Assembly (NCBI RefSeq): GCF_009914755.1
Contig: NC_060925.1
Length of the DNA: 64,000 bases
From: the human T2T-CHM13v2.0 reference genome, Homo sapiens
Strand: one strand, 5' to 3'
This document shows positions 39,401 through 52,597 of this stretch, one piece after another. Position numbers and translations under genes: made by a program. The notes under the pieces were generated by a model that saw nothing but the letters and a program-made list of their open reading frames with translations, did not search any database and had not been told where the DNA came from. The stretch's first letter is position 1. Every line of letters begins with the position of its first letter.

Positions 39401-41057
39401 TCCAAGATCTGAGTTTCTGCAGATATGATATTATTTTTTTTGACCATCCTTATCTTCAAAGGCTACCAAAAAGGAACAAAGATTTTATTTACCTCCCCAA
39501 GGGAAAAGGTTTTACCAATGAGACACTTTCTTACCATGACCCCAGGGCCCCCTATGCCCTGTTCACTTGAGTGCCCTGTGTGGCCTGACAGAAGCTCATG
39601 CTGGTCACAGGATTTGTTACATAATTAACCTCCTTCCTGAATCCCAACTTCATGGTGGTGGTGATGACAGGTGTCCTGTATCCCAGGCTCATGTCCCTGA
39701 AGTCATCAGCCTGTCTCCAGTTAGAAAAAATTACATGTATATAGCGAGGTCTCTTTGGAAGTAGCAAAAGCTTTCTCACCTTCATACATTAATGGTTGGA
39801 ATGTACAATAGTATAAACACTTTGGGAAAAAATGTCTGGCATATTCTTACAGAACTAAACAACTACCTATTCTATGACTCAGTAATTCCTAAGCATTTAT
39901 CCAAGAGAAATTAAAACATATGCCCAGAAAATGATTTATACAAGAATGTTCATAGCAGTTTTATTCACAATAGGAAAAACTGGAAACATTCAAGTATCTG
40001 TCAATACAAGAATGGATCAATAAACTTTGACACATTCATTCCATGGAATGGCTAAAGGAACAAACTGTTGACACACAAAACAACATGGATGAATCTCAAA
40101 AACATTTTGAGTGCAACAGGAGCCACACACAAAAGAGTGTGAGAAAAAAGATAAACAATAATGGTTTCAAGAAATGCAGAGCAGAGAGCCCAGAGGCAAA
40201 GACCCACAGGATGGCAGGTCAGTCCCAGGCTGTGGATCCTAATTAAGAAACTCCTGCTGGATTTTGTCCAGCTCCATTTCCAAACTATTTTAGGTCAGTG
40301 ACTTCTTTATCCCCTCCATGTTCCCTCATTTTGAACTAGAATCACTGTAGTTGTTATTCTATGTCTGTCCCATCATTTCAAATGAGGGGCAGATAAGCTG
40401 TTTGTTCAGTTTCACAGGTCAAAGGAGGTAAGGGAATTATGTCAAGGATCTGTACTCAGAGAAGGTAGGAGCTTGAGAAGGACTCCATGAGTTATTATTG
40501 GTTGATGATGGAAAAGAGAGGTAAGGAGGAAAGCAGGTGGCCTCTGGAGTCAGAGTGTCTCCCAGCTGACAGTCAGCAAAGACAAAGGGCCCTCAGTCCC
40601 CCAGAAACAAGAATAGGAAGGCCTTCAGTATCTGTAGTGAACTTGGAAAAATAGCTTGAGCTCTAGAAAAAAATACAGCCAGCCCATTCCTGGATTTTAG
40701 CCTCACATGACTCTCATCAGAGAATCCAGCTGCTTCATTCCAGACTTCTGTGGTTTCAAACCACTGGTTTGTGGTAATGTGATAATAGGCAGCAAGAGAA
40801 AACTAGTACAGGTGCCTGTCTCTCCTCTTGAATTTCAATTTTAGATACATGGATGCTAACCCCTCTAAGAGAAAAAAATTCAATCAATAAATCAATCAAT
40901 GAAAGAACTACCATAAAAATATTGCCCTCACCTTTATGTGGCTGTTCCAGAGCCCTTGCCACCTGAAGAAGACAATGAGGGCTATTTCAGGCATGTGAAG
41001 AGTGTGGCTTTACTGTTATCAATCACATTTCTGAAAGAATAAAAATGGTTCAGTTCA

Positions 41058-41388
<331 letters not shown>

Positions 41389-42279
41389 TTATTATATGAA
41401 AATGTATCACCTCAATTTTAATAGCAGATTTTTTAAAATTCCTTTTCTTGTGCTCACCAGACAAGGTTTGGTAGCAAATACCAGTCACCAGCACAGATGA
41501 ACCAATTCAAGGAGAGCCATAAACAGGACTAATATTATGTTCCCCCAAAAATCATCCCTAGAATGCAATCTCTTCTCTACTTGTCACAAAACGAACACAA
41601 TAGTCCACTATATAAAGTCCCAAACACAGGAAAGTGTAAATATAATGAAATCTGCTTTCCAAATGTTTATTCTATTCAGACCCAGTCATGGGGACCAGGG
41701 ATTAGGAAATGACTACAAACAGGTTCAAGGGAATTTGGGAAGTGACAAAATATGCTGAAGTAGAACTCTGCTGATGGCTGCACAATTCGATAAATCAACT
41801 TACATCATTGAGTTGTACATTGACAATGGGTGACTTTTATAACAAGTAATTCTTTAAATGAACTTTTGGATTTCTATTCCAACATGGAAAGAGCTAGGCG
41901 GTCATGACTTGTCCTCACAGCTAGAAAAAAGCTGAAGGAACTGAAAGTCAACCCTTCTAGGGTAGACCAGAGAATTGAGGTCACAGGGAAAACTGCCATC
42001 TGAAAAATGAGAAACACAGGCTAACACACAAGGAGTCACAGCTCACAGGGAAGAGAAGCTACTGGGGACAGCAAGTGGGAGGAGCACTTAAATGGTATTG
42101 ACAGATTACTAGAAGCTCAGGGTGGCCTGGCTAGAGCACTGAAAACTCCTTGAAAACCAACTAAGGGGGAATATCACACATTTCCAAGTTTTACTACAAT
42201 GATCTCAACTAGGTTCTCATGATGAAGTTCAGAAAAACTCCCTGAAGTTTGGCACTACCAACTTCAGGGCTTATATTAA

Positions 42280-43750
42280 GCTACAGTAGCCCAAATAGGG
42301 TGAAGTTGGTGAAAAGAGAAAACACACACAAATAGATCCATGGAAAAGAATACAGAGCCCAGAAACAGACCTACACACAGTCCACTGATCTTCCATGAAG
42401 GTTTAGAGACAATTTAAAACAGCAAAGATAGCCTTTCCAACTAGTGGTGCTAGAACAGCTGGACAACCACATGCAAATGTATATAGATAGATAGATCCAG
42501 GTGTGCATGTTCTACCCTTTATAAAATAAATCTTACATGTAAATGTAAGGTGCAAAACCATAAGAATCCTAGGAGATAACATAGGAGAAAAATCTCGGGG
42601 ATCTTGGGTTCGATGATGGCTTCTTAGATACAAAACCAAAAGCACAATCTACTAATGAAAAAAAATTAAGTTGAGCCTCATTAAAATTAAAAACTTCTGC
42701 TCTGTGAAAGACACTGTTAAGAGAATGGAAAAAGCAAGTCACAGACTGGCAGAAAATATTTACAAAATAATCTGATGGAAAAACTGCTGTCCAAAATATA
42801 TGAAGAATTCTGAGAACTAAACAACACAAAGCAAAAAAAAAAAAAAAAAAAAGTAGGTGAAAGATCTGAACACCTCATTCATAAGATATACAGATGGCAA
42901 ATAAGCATATGAAAAAGATGCTCAAAATCATTTGTCGTGAGGGAACTGCACATTAAAACAGCAATGAGATATCACTGTAAACCTATTAGAATGGCTAAAA
43001 TGCAAAAAGGTGAACACACCAAATGCTGTCAAAGATGAGGAGCAACCAGAACTCTCCATAGCTAGTGGAAATCAAAAGAGTACAGTCACTCTGGAAAAGT
43101 TAAGTTCTCTCAAAATCCTGCACATAAGTACTTAGAGCAATTTTATTCATAATTGCCAGAACTTGGAAGTACCCAAGATGTCTTCCACCAAGTGAATTAA
43201 TAAACAAACTGTGTTGTAGCCATACAATGAAATCTGATTCAGTGATTTTTAAAACACAAGCTATCAAGCCATGAAAAGACATGGAGGAACTTAAAGTACA
43301 TAATGCTAGAAAGAAGTCAGTCTGGAAACCTGCATACTCTATGATTCCAACTCTAGGACATTCTTGGAAAGTCAAAAAGATAGAAATAGTAAAATGATGA
43401 GTGGTTGTCAGGGGTGGAGGAGAGGAGGAGGCACGAAATGGTGAAGCACAGGGAATTTTCAGCAGTGAAACTATTTTGCATGATGCTGTATTGGGGATTT
43501 AGGACATTATGTAATTGCCAAAACCCATAATCTGTGAAACTCAAAGAATGAACTCTAACGTAAACTATGGACTTTAGTTGATAATGATGTATCAACAGTG
43601 GTTCATCAATTGTAACGAATGGGCTACACTAATACAACATACTAATAGGGGAAATTGTGTGCTGGAGGACAGGGGAGCCTAGGAGAACTCTCTGTACTAT
43701 CCACTCCATCTTTCTGTAAACCTAGAACTGTTCTAAAAAATAATGTCTAT
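42280..43750 (+). mobile_element. Old L1MC-type 3' region
   Basis: ORF2-end motifs and taaactatggactttagttgataatgatgtatcaa 3' UTR motif. Confidence 0.8.
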
Positions 43751-44199
43751 TAATTTTTTTAATTAGGATGCAGCAGCCCCATATCAAGGTTTTGGTGGCA
43801 TCCTGTTATTGTGTGGTTAGTACTTGGCATTGAAGTGCACCAACCTGGAGTCAGAGCAGTTGGAGATTTCAATGCCTGTGCCATTTACCTCTAACCCTGG
43901 GGTGCCCCCGGAATACAGCTAGCAGATCAGTTAGGTAGAAGCAGCCTCAGCAATCTAGACAGTGCAGGCTTCTGGTAAGGACAGGTACAAACCATCTGGG
44001 TGGGCAGAACTTGATGAAGACTAGGAACCACTGAGACTCAGCAGCTGCCCCAGTGGCACCCACAAATCAAAGGAGGGGGCTGGAAGGAGCTCAGGGCTAC
44101 ACGATGAGCTCCCTGCCTGCAAGACAGAAGCAGCTCCAGAGATTTTGGTAAATAATGTAGGTTTCAGTACCGTGTGGTCTATTCAAAAAAGTAGAACAA

Positions 44200-44412
44200 A
44201 AAGGAAAGAAAAAGAGACAGCATGAGAGAGAGAGAAAGAAAAAGGAAAGAAGAAAGGAAGAAAGGAAAGAATAGAGGGAGGAAGGAAAGGAAGAAGGAAG
44301 GAAGGGAGGGAGGGAGGGCGGGTGGGCAGGATGGAGGGAAAGAATAAAGAGAGAGAGAGTTGGAGGGAAGTAGGGAAGGAAGGAAGGAAGGAAAGAAGGA
44401 AGGAAGGAAGGA
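44200..44412 (+). repeat. GA-rich (GGAA/GAAA) polypurine tract
   Basis: Direct inspection. Confidence 0.9.
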
Positions 44413-45640
44413 AATTAACAAATTTACATGAAGATGAGAACATCCAGGGGAACTTACACCACCAATATTTTCCATTAACAGGAACATGCTAACTAGTTAT
44501 TAGAGAGAGACACACTACTGTGAAACCATATACTGTTTCCATGGGGTACAACACCTTCCTCCTCCTCTGAAACACATTCTGTCTCTGGCCCACTGTTGCC
44601 AGAGACACTGAGTCTTATCTTTGGATAAGTTCTGGTGCCCACAGGAATGAGATGAGATGGTGGACTCCAGAACATCAGGCCATGACCTTTCCTGCTGCTC
44701 CTTGTCCACTCCAGAAGCTATCCAGCTGCAGGTGGGGGCCTCAGCCCCTGGGTCTGACATAATCCATTTGCCATTCTCAATGGACTTCTCTCCTTGCACT
44801 GGTTCCCACTCCCCCAGGACCCAGTGGGTGACCACATGAGAAGGACACAAACAGGCCATGTCCCTTTCTTTCTCCCCCTCTCAATGCCTGCAGTGGTGGG
44901 TTCCATTGGGTAGTGACCTGAGATTTACTCATTATGGGGCCTCTAGCCCAGACCAGGGCCTGGTACCTAATAGTCACCCCATGAATGCCCAGTGAAAGAA
45001 GGTGTCCACCACAAGGTCCTGGGGAACCAAGAATTCCACCGTGGCCCATAAATTCTAAGTCCTACAGGATTCTGGAATTGGAGATGGGAAAGGCCTTCAA
45101 AAGTGGCCACTCTTTTAACCTATTATACTGGCAACTGAGCCATGTTTCCCCATCCTGGACACATCTAGAGGGCACTGCCTAAAACCAGACACATCTCCCC
45201 ACCCAGGACAGAGCAGGGGCCTTAGTCTGGGGGATGCGGGTGGACAGGGAGGGGGTGAGCCACAAAAGCTGAAGAGGAGAAAGCAGGTGAAAGGGTACAG
45301 CAGGGTGGAAACACAGAGGAATGGAGGCAGAGAATGGGGGTTGAGAGGGGAAGAGACAGGAGAGGGATGCAGATCTAGCTACTAAGGAAAAGTCCTGGAG
45401 AGAACACTGTCCTCTCCTGAAGTAAAATCACTTTCACCTGACCACAGCACTTCAGGTTGAGGGTGGCACAGGCTGTGAATATTTGTTCATTCATTTAACA
45501 AATATTTATTTAATATCAGTTTCATGCCAGGCAAGGCCCTGAGATGTTTAGGGACCTTGGCATCTTCCCTTTACATCTGAGTCATAATAGAAAGAGGGCC
45601 CTCTGACCCCATCAAGCTGGCAATGCCTCAGGATTTTTAC

Positions 45641-45912
45641 CTGTTGGATCTAGCAGCTCTTCATGTCGGCCCACACCATGTGAGGCTGCTCTTGGTGCAC
45701 TGAATGGGGAAGTTTCTACGTCAGTGCCTCGGAGAGTCCACTGGAAGCCCTGGACAGTGGGAGTCGGTGGCACCCCAAGGGTGGAGGCCAAGAGCACACA
45801 GCACTGAAGCTCCAGACACCCTCAGGAGGACGGTAAGGGACTATCAGCTGGTGAGAGCCTGGGTCACCAGGAACCTTTGCCTGGGTCTAAATAGGATTTG
45901 CCTTCAGATTGC
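45641..45912 (-). pseudogene. NBPF exon 2 (NBPF3-type N-terminal extension; GTG at 45773 in place of ATG)
   Basis: Acceptor tttcatag|GCAATC; donor CCAACAG|gtaaaa; encodes VPPTPTVQGFQWTLRGTDVETSPFSAPRAASHGVGRHEELLDPT, in frame with the 21580 exon. Confidence 0.85.
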
Positions 45913-46087
45913 CTATGAAATAAAAGAAAGAAATCAAGGTTAACATTGAGATTTGGGGCTTCAGCAACTTGAAGGATGGAGCTGCCATTTACAGAGACTG
46001 GGAAGACCCAGGGAGGAGCAGGTTGAAAGGTGGTGGGGAACTAGAGTTGGTTGGGTTTCTGTCATATGTAATCAACAGTCCTGACCA

Positions 46088-46373
46088 CCTGTAATCCTAG
46101 CACTTTGGGAAGCCAAGACGGGTGGATCATGAAGTCAGGAGATCGAGACCATCCTGCCTAACACAGTGAAACCCCGTATCTACTAAAAATATAAAAAATT
46201 AGCCGGGTGTGTTGGCAGGTGCCTGTAGTCCCACCTACTTGGGAGGCTGAGGCAGGAGAATGGCATGAACCCAGGAGGCGGAGGTTGCAGTGAGACGAGA
46301 TATCTTGTTACTGCACTCCAGGCTGGGTGACAGAGTGAGATTCCATCTCAAAAAAAAAAAAAAAAAAAAAAAC
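46088..46373 (+). mobile_element. AluSc/Y-like, 5'-truncated
   Basis: TSD cagtcctgacca at 46076-46087 and 46374-46385. Confidence 0.9.
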
Positions 46374-46385
46374 CAGTCCTGACCA

Positions 46386-46568
46386 GCCTGGGCAACATAG
46401 TAAGACCCCGTCTCTGAAAATAAAAAATGAAAAATTAGCCGAGCATGGTGGTGCACACTTGTAGTCTCAGCTACTCGGGAGTCTGAGGCAGGAGGATTTC
46501 TTGAGCCTTGAGTTAGAGGTTACTGAGCTATGATGACACCACTGCACTCCAGCCTGCGGGGAAAAAAT
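46386..46568 (+). mobile_element. Truncated AluJ
   Basis: cctgggcaacatagtaagacc and gaggatttcttgagcc AluJ motifs. Confidence 0.85.
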
Positions 46569-47137
46569 AGAGTCCTGACTAAATACTTGAGTAGCCAGGG
46601 AAGTTTTCACAAAGTATTTGAGGCAGATCTTAGTGAACAAGAATTTGATTATTTCTGTTAGGGAATTAAGAGAGTGTGGGTGTAGTTGCTTAATGCTTAT
46701 TGAACTATCTTTGGAATCTCATCTATTGGTCTATCTGGTCTATCTGTACATGTATATTCTATACACTGTCTCACTGAATTTTCACTAGGTTATGCTACAG
46801 TAACAAAAGCCCCAAAATCTTAGCAGCTACACATACAAAGGTTTATTTTTCATTGACATATACCTTTTTGGCAGGTTGACTATGATTCTGCTCTATACAA
46901 GCTATTTTATTTGTTAGACGGTTGAAAACTGTCATACTTGGAGATTGTTGAATACGGTATTAGTATGTTATTCATTCATTCATTTAACAGATATTTATTC
47001 GATATCTGTTTCATGCCAGGCAAGGTCAAGTACTGAGAATACAGTGGTGAATAAAAGAGACAAAATCTCTAATTTCCAGGAGCTTATGTTGAAAATGAGA
47101 TTGAACACATACAAAATAATCATAATAACAATAATGA

Positions 47138-49799
47138 GCCCTCTCCCTCTCCCTCTCCCTCTCCCTCTCCTTCTCCCTCTCCCTCTCCCTCTCCCTCTCC
47201 CTCTCCCTCTCCCTCTCCCTCTCCCTCTCCCTCTCCACGGTCTCCCTCTGATGCCGAGCCGAAGCTGGACTGTACTGCTGCGATCTCGGCTCACTGCAAC
47301 CTCCATGCCTGATTCTCCTGCCTCAGCCTGCCGAGTGCCTGCGATTGCAGGCGCGCGTCGCCACGCCTGACTGGTTTTCGTTTTTTTTTGGTGGAGACGG
47401 GGTTTCGCTGTGTTGGCCGGGCTGGTCTCCAGCTCCTAACCGCGAGTGATCCGCCAGCCTCGGCCTCCCGAGGTGCCGGGATGGCAGACGGGGTCTCGTT
47501 CACTCAGTGCTCAATGGTGCCAAGGCTGGAGTGCAGTGGCGTGATCTCGGCTCGCTACAACCACCTCCCAGCCGCCTGCCTTGGCCTCCCAAAGAGCCGA
47601 GATTGCAGCCTCTGCCCGGCCGCCACCCCGTCTGGGAAGTGGGGAGCGTCTCTGCCTGGCCGCCCATCGTCTGGGATATGAGGAGCCCCTCTGCCTGGCT
47701 GCCCAGTCTGGAAAGTGAGGAGCGTCTCTGCCCGTCCGCCATCCCATCTAGGAAGCGAGGAGCGCCACTTCCCCGCCGCCATCCCATCTAGGAAGTGAGG
47801 AGCGTCTCTGCCCGGCCGCCCATCGTCTGAGAGGTGGGGAGCACCTCTGCCCCGCCGCCCTGTCTGGGATGTGAGGAGCGCCTCTGCCCGGCCGCCCCGT
47901 CTGAGAAGTGAGGAAACCCTCTGCCTGGCAACCGCCCCGTCTGAGAAGTGAGGAGCCCCTCCGTCCAGCAGCCACCCCGTCTGGGAAGTGAGGAGCGTCT
48001 CCGCCCGGCAGCCACCCCGTCCGGGAGGGAGGTGGGGGGGGTCAGCCCCCCGCCCGGCCAGCCGCCCCGTCCGGGAGGTGAGGGGCTCCTCTGCCCGGCC
48101 GCCCCTACTGGGAAGTGAGGAGCCCCTCTGCCCGGCCGGTCGCCCCGTCCAGGAGGGAGGTGGGGGGGTCAGCCCCCCGCCCGGCCAGCCGCCCAGTCCG
48201 GGAGGGGGGAGGGGGGGTCAGCCCCCTGCCCGGCCAGCCGCCCCGTCCGGGAGGGAGGTGGGGGGATCAGCCCCCCGCCTGGCCAGCCGCCCCGTCCGGG
48301 AGGTGAGGGGCGCCTCTGCCCGGCCGCCCCTACTGGGAAGTGAGGAGCCCCTCTGCCCGGCCAGCCGCCCCGTCCGGGAGGGAGGTGGGGGGGTCAGCCC
48401 CCCGCCCGGCCGGCCGCCCCGTCCGGGAGGTGAGGGGCGCCTCTGCCTGGCCGCCCCTACTGGGAAGTGAGGACCCCTCTGCCCGGCCAGCCGCCCCGTC
48501 CGGGAGGGAGGTGGAGGGGTCAGCCCCCCGCCCGGCCGGCCGCCCCGTCCGGGAGGTGAGGGGCGCCTCTGCCCGGCCGCCCCTACTGGGAAGTGAGGAG
48601 CCCCTCTGCCCGGCCAGCCGCCCAGTCCGGGAGGGAGGTGGGGGGATCAGCCCCCCGCCCGGCCAGCCGCCCAGTCCGGGAGGGAGGTGGGGGGTCAGCC
48701 CCTCGCCCGGCCAGCCGCCCCGTCCGGGAGGGAGGTGGGGGGGGGTCAGCCCCCCGCCCGGCCAGCCGCCCCGTCCGGGAGGGGGGAGGGGGAGTCAGCC
48801 CCCTGCCCGGCCAGCCGCCCTGTCCGGGAGGGAGGTGGGGGGGTCAGCCCCCCGCCCGGCCAGCCGCCCCGTCCGGGAGGGAGGTGGGGGGATCAGCCCC
48901 CCGCCTGGCCAGCCGCCCCGTCCGGGAGGTGAGGGGCGCCTCTGCCCGGCCGCCCCTACTGGGAAGTGAGGAGCCCCTCTGCCCGGCCAGCCGCCCCGTC
49001 CGGGAGGGAGGCGGCGGGGGGGGGGTCGGCCAGCCGCCCCGTCCGGGAGGGAGGTGGAGGGGTCAGCCCCCCGCCCGGCCAGCCGCCCCGTCCGGGAGGG
49101 AGGTGGGGGGGTCAGCCCCCCGCCCGGCCAGCCGCCCCATCCGGGAGGTGAGGGGCGCTTCTGCCCGGCCGCCCCTACTGGGAAGTGAGGAGCCCCTCTG
49201 CCCGGCCACGACCCCGTCTGGGAGGTGTGCCCAGCGGCTCATTGGGGATGGGCCATGATGACAATGGCGGTTTTGTGGAATAGAAAGGCGGGAAGGGTGG
49301 GGAAAAAATTGAGAAATCGGATGGTTGCCGGGTCTGTGTGGATAGAAGTAGACATGGGAGACTTTTCATTTTGTTCTGTACTAAGAAAAATTCTTCTGCC
49401 TTGGGATCCTGTTGATCTGTGACCTTATCCCCAACCCTGTGCTCTCTGAAACATGTGCTGTGTCCACTCAGGGTTAAATGGATTAAGGGCGGTGCAAGAT
49501 GTGCTTTGTTAAACAGATGCTTGAAGGCAGCATGCTCCTTAAGAGTCAGCACCACTCCCTAATCTTAAGTACCCAGGGACACAAACACTGCGGAAGGCTG
49601 CAGGGTCCTCTGCCTAGGAAAACCAGAGACCTTTGTTCACTTGTTTGTCTGCTGACCTTCCCTCCACTATTGTCCTATGACCCTGCCAAATCCCCTTCTG
49701 CGAGAAACACCCAAGAATGATCAATAAAAAAAAAAAAAAAAAAAAAAAGATATGGAAAGATTGTAAGTAAAAGGATTTTTCTTAATAAAAAAAAAAAAA
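47138..49799 (+). mobile_element. Full-length SVA retrotransposon with a short 3' transduction
   Basis: (CCCTCT)n 47139-47236, Alu-like domain, GC-rich VNTR to about 49225, SINE-R, AATAAA 49723 plus poly(A), extra 35 nt plus second AATAAA/poly(A); TSD aataatga at 47130-37 and 49801-08. Confidence 0.97.
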
Positions 49800-49892
49800 T
49801 AATAATGAATACTATATTTACAAATAATAGCTGTAAGACATTTTAGCACCTGTTTTAAATTAGAAAAAATATAGAAATTATTAAAACTAAAA

Positions 49893-50318
49893 TGGCCAGA
49901 TGTGATGGCTCACACCTGTAATCCCAACACTTTAGGATGCCAAGGTGGGAGAATCAACTGAGCCCAGGAGTTTGAATCTAGTCTGGGCACGATAGGAAGA
50001 CCACGTCTACAAAAAATAAAAAATTAGCTGGGCACGGTTGTGTATGCCTATAATCCCAGCACTCTGGGAGGCTGAAGCAAGCAGACTACTTGAGCCCAAG
50101 AGTTCAAGACCAACCTGGGAAACATGTTGAATCCCCATCGCTACAAAAAATACAAAAATTAGCCAGGCATGACAGCACATGCCTATAGTCACAGCTACTC
50201 AGGAGGCTGAGGTGGGAGGATTGCTTAAGCCAGGAGGTGGAGGTTGCAGTGAGCTGAGATTATGCCACCACATTCCAGCCTGGGCAATAGAGTGAGACCC
50301 TGTCTCAAAAAAAAAATG
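49893..50318 (+). mobile_element. Alu left monomer followed by an AluJ (trimer-like)
   Basis: Two consecutive left arms, then a right arm and A tail. Confidence 0.85.
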
Positions 50319-50395
50319 CAAAAACTAAAATAAAATTGCTACAAGATTAATATATAAAAATGAGTTCATATTCTTAGGCTAGGCATTGATTTCTT

Positions 50396-50731
50396 TTTTC
50401 TTTCTTTTTCTTTCTTTCTTTCTTTCTGTCTGTCTGTCTCTTTTTTGTACAAGACAGAGTCTTGCTCTGTCAACCAGGCCGGAGTGCAGTAGCACAATCT
50501 TGGCTCACTGCAAACTCCGCTTCCCGGGTTCAAGCAATTCTCCTGCCTCAGCCTCCTGAGTAGCTGGGATTACAGGTGCCCATCACCACACCTGGCTAAT
50601 TATTGTATTTTTAGTAGAGACGGGGTTTCACCATGTTGGCCAGGCTGGTTTCATACTCCTGACCTCGTGATCCACCTGCCTAGGCCTCCCAAAGTGCTGG
50701 GATTACAGGTGTGAGCCACCGCGCCTGGCCG
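50396..50731 (-). mobile_element. AluS
   Basis: TSD ggcattgatttctt at 50382-50395 and 50732-50745. Confidence 0.92.
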
Positions 50732-50929
50732 GGCATTGATTTCTTAAACAGGACACAATAAGCAGTAACCATAAAGGAAAAGATTAATAAGAGTATATTT
50801 CATTAAGGCTAACAGAAAAATGTGTTCATACTCTTAGACTAGGCACTGATTTCTTAAACAGGACACAAAAAGCAGTAACCGTAAAGGAAAATATTGATAA
50901 AGCATAATTTCATTAAAATTAAGAAACTC

Positions 50930-51225
50930 CGCCAGGTGCAGTGGCTCATGCCTGTAATCTCAACACTTTGGGAGGCCGAGCCAGGTGTATCACTTGAGCC
51001 CAGGAATTCCAGACCAGCCTATGCAACATGGCAAAACCCCATGTCTACTAAAAATACAAAAAACAGCTAAGCATGGTGGTGGTCTCCTGTAGGTCCCAGC
51101 TACTTAGGGCCTGAGGCAGGAGGATCACCTGAGCCTTGGGAGGTCGAGGTTGCACTGAGCTGTGATTGTACCACTGCACTCCAGCCTGGGCAATAGAGTG
51201 AGATCTTGTCTCAAAAAGAAAAACA
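50930..51225 (+). mobile_element. Alu (J/S)
   Basis: Alu consensus motifs. Confidence 0.9.
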
Positions 51226-51744
51226 ATTTAGAGAATCTCCATTCATGAGAAAACACCATTAAAAGAGTGAAAACACAAGCTGCAATTTGAAAAAAGAGAA
51301 ATGCGATTCATATATATCCTAGAAAGGAGGCATATCCAGAATAAAGTATTACAAATCAACAGAAAATCATATCAATGAAAACTGGATAAAAAGATTAAAC
51401 AGTCACTTCATAAAAGAGGACACATAAATGGCAATAAAAGATACTCAATCTCAATACCAGGAAAATGGAAGTTGAACCCACATTGATATATTACTGTACC
51501 TCTACTAGAATAACAAAATAATTTTTAACTGACAAGCATCAGCAAGGATGTGGGGTAACTGGAATATTCCCTGCTAATTGGTAAAACTACTTTGGGAAAA
51601 TGTTCGGCAATACGTAATACTAAAGTTTTATCATTCATATAGCTCTAAAACCAACAATGCCACTCCTACATATACACCCCAATACAGTAATGTTCTATTT
51701 CTTAATCTGTGGTGGTTCATTTAGTAAAAACTCATGACCTGTAC

Positions 51745-51986
51745 TTTTTTTTTTTTTTTTTTTTGAGACAGGGTCGCACTCTGCCATCCAGGCCAGAGTG
51801 CACTGACGTGATCACCGCTCACTGCAATATCAACCTCCCGGGCTCTTTTGACCACGCAGTTAATTTTTGTATATTTAGTAGAGATGGCATTTTACCCAGG
51901 CTGGTCTGGAACTCCTGGGCTCAAGTCATCCGCCCACCTTGGCCTCCCGAAATGCTGGAATTACAGGTGTGATCTACCACACCCAG
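51745..51986 (-). mobile_element. AluJ with internal deletion
   Basis: Poly(T), then gagacagggtcgcactct. Confidence 0.85.
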
Positions 51987-52311
51987 ACCACCTGCACATT
52001 TAAAATTGTGAACTTCCTCTGTATTCTTCAGTAACTTTTCGAAGATTTCTTTGACACGAAGTTCTCAGAAATCTTAAAGCTAGGATTTTAGAATAGAAAA
52101 AAAAAGCTTTTGGTTCACTGGTGAAATTTTACTAATTAAATTTAAAAACAAAAAGAAAGTTATTAATGCATATCACCTCAGAACAAAGATTAAAAACTAC
52201 GAGCACATCAGTTTTCTTTAACTTCGTGAAGCACTGGGATTCATTCTTTCGGCAAAGAAAGGATGAACAACACTGTAACTCAAAGAAAAGATACCACTGC
52301 AAGAAAAGGCC

Positions 52312-52597
52312 TTTTTTTTTTTTCTTTTTTCTTTTTTTTTTTTTTTTTTAGAGGGAGTCTCGCTCTGTCGCCCAGGCTGGAGTGCAGTGACAAGATACCT
52401 CGGCTCACTGCAACCTCCGCCTCCCGGGTTCAAGCGATTCTTGTGCTTCAGCCTCCCGAGTAGCTCGGACTACACGCGCCCGCCACCACGCCTTGCTAAT
52501 TTTTCGTATTTTTAGTAGAGACGGGTTTTCACTGTGTTAGCCAGGATGGTCTCAATCTCCTGACCTCATGATCCGCCACGTCAGCCTCTTAAAGTGC
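52312..52597 (-). mobile_element. AluY/Sc-like
   Basis: CpG-rich Alu with tgttagccaggatggtctc. Confidence 0.9.

Noticed and set aside
47988-49258. Long Pro/Gly/Arg-rich ORFs (160-221 aa) and a regular repeat array
   Set aside because: SVA VNTR; GC-rich tandem units lack stops and have no unique spacers, so neither a gene nor CRISPR-like
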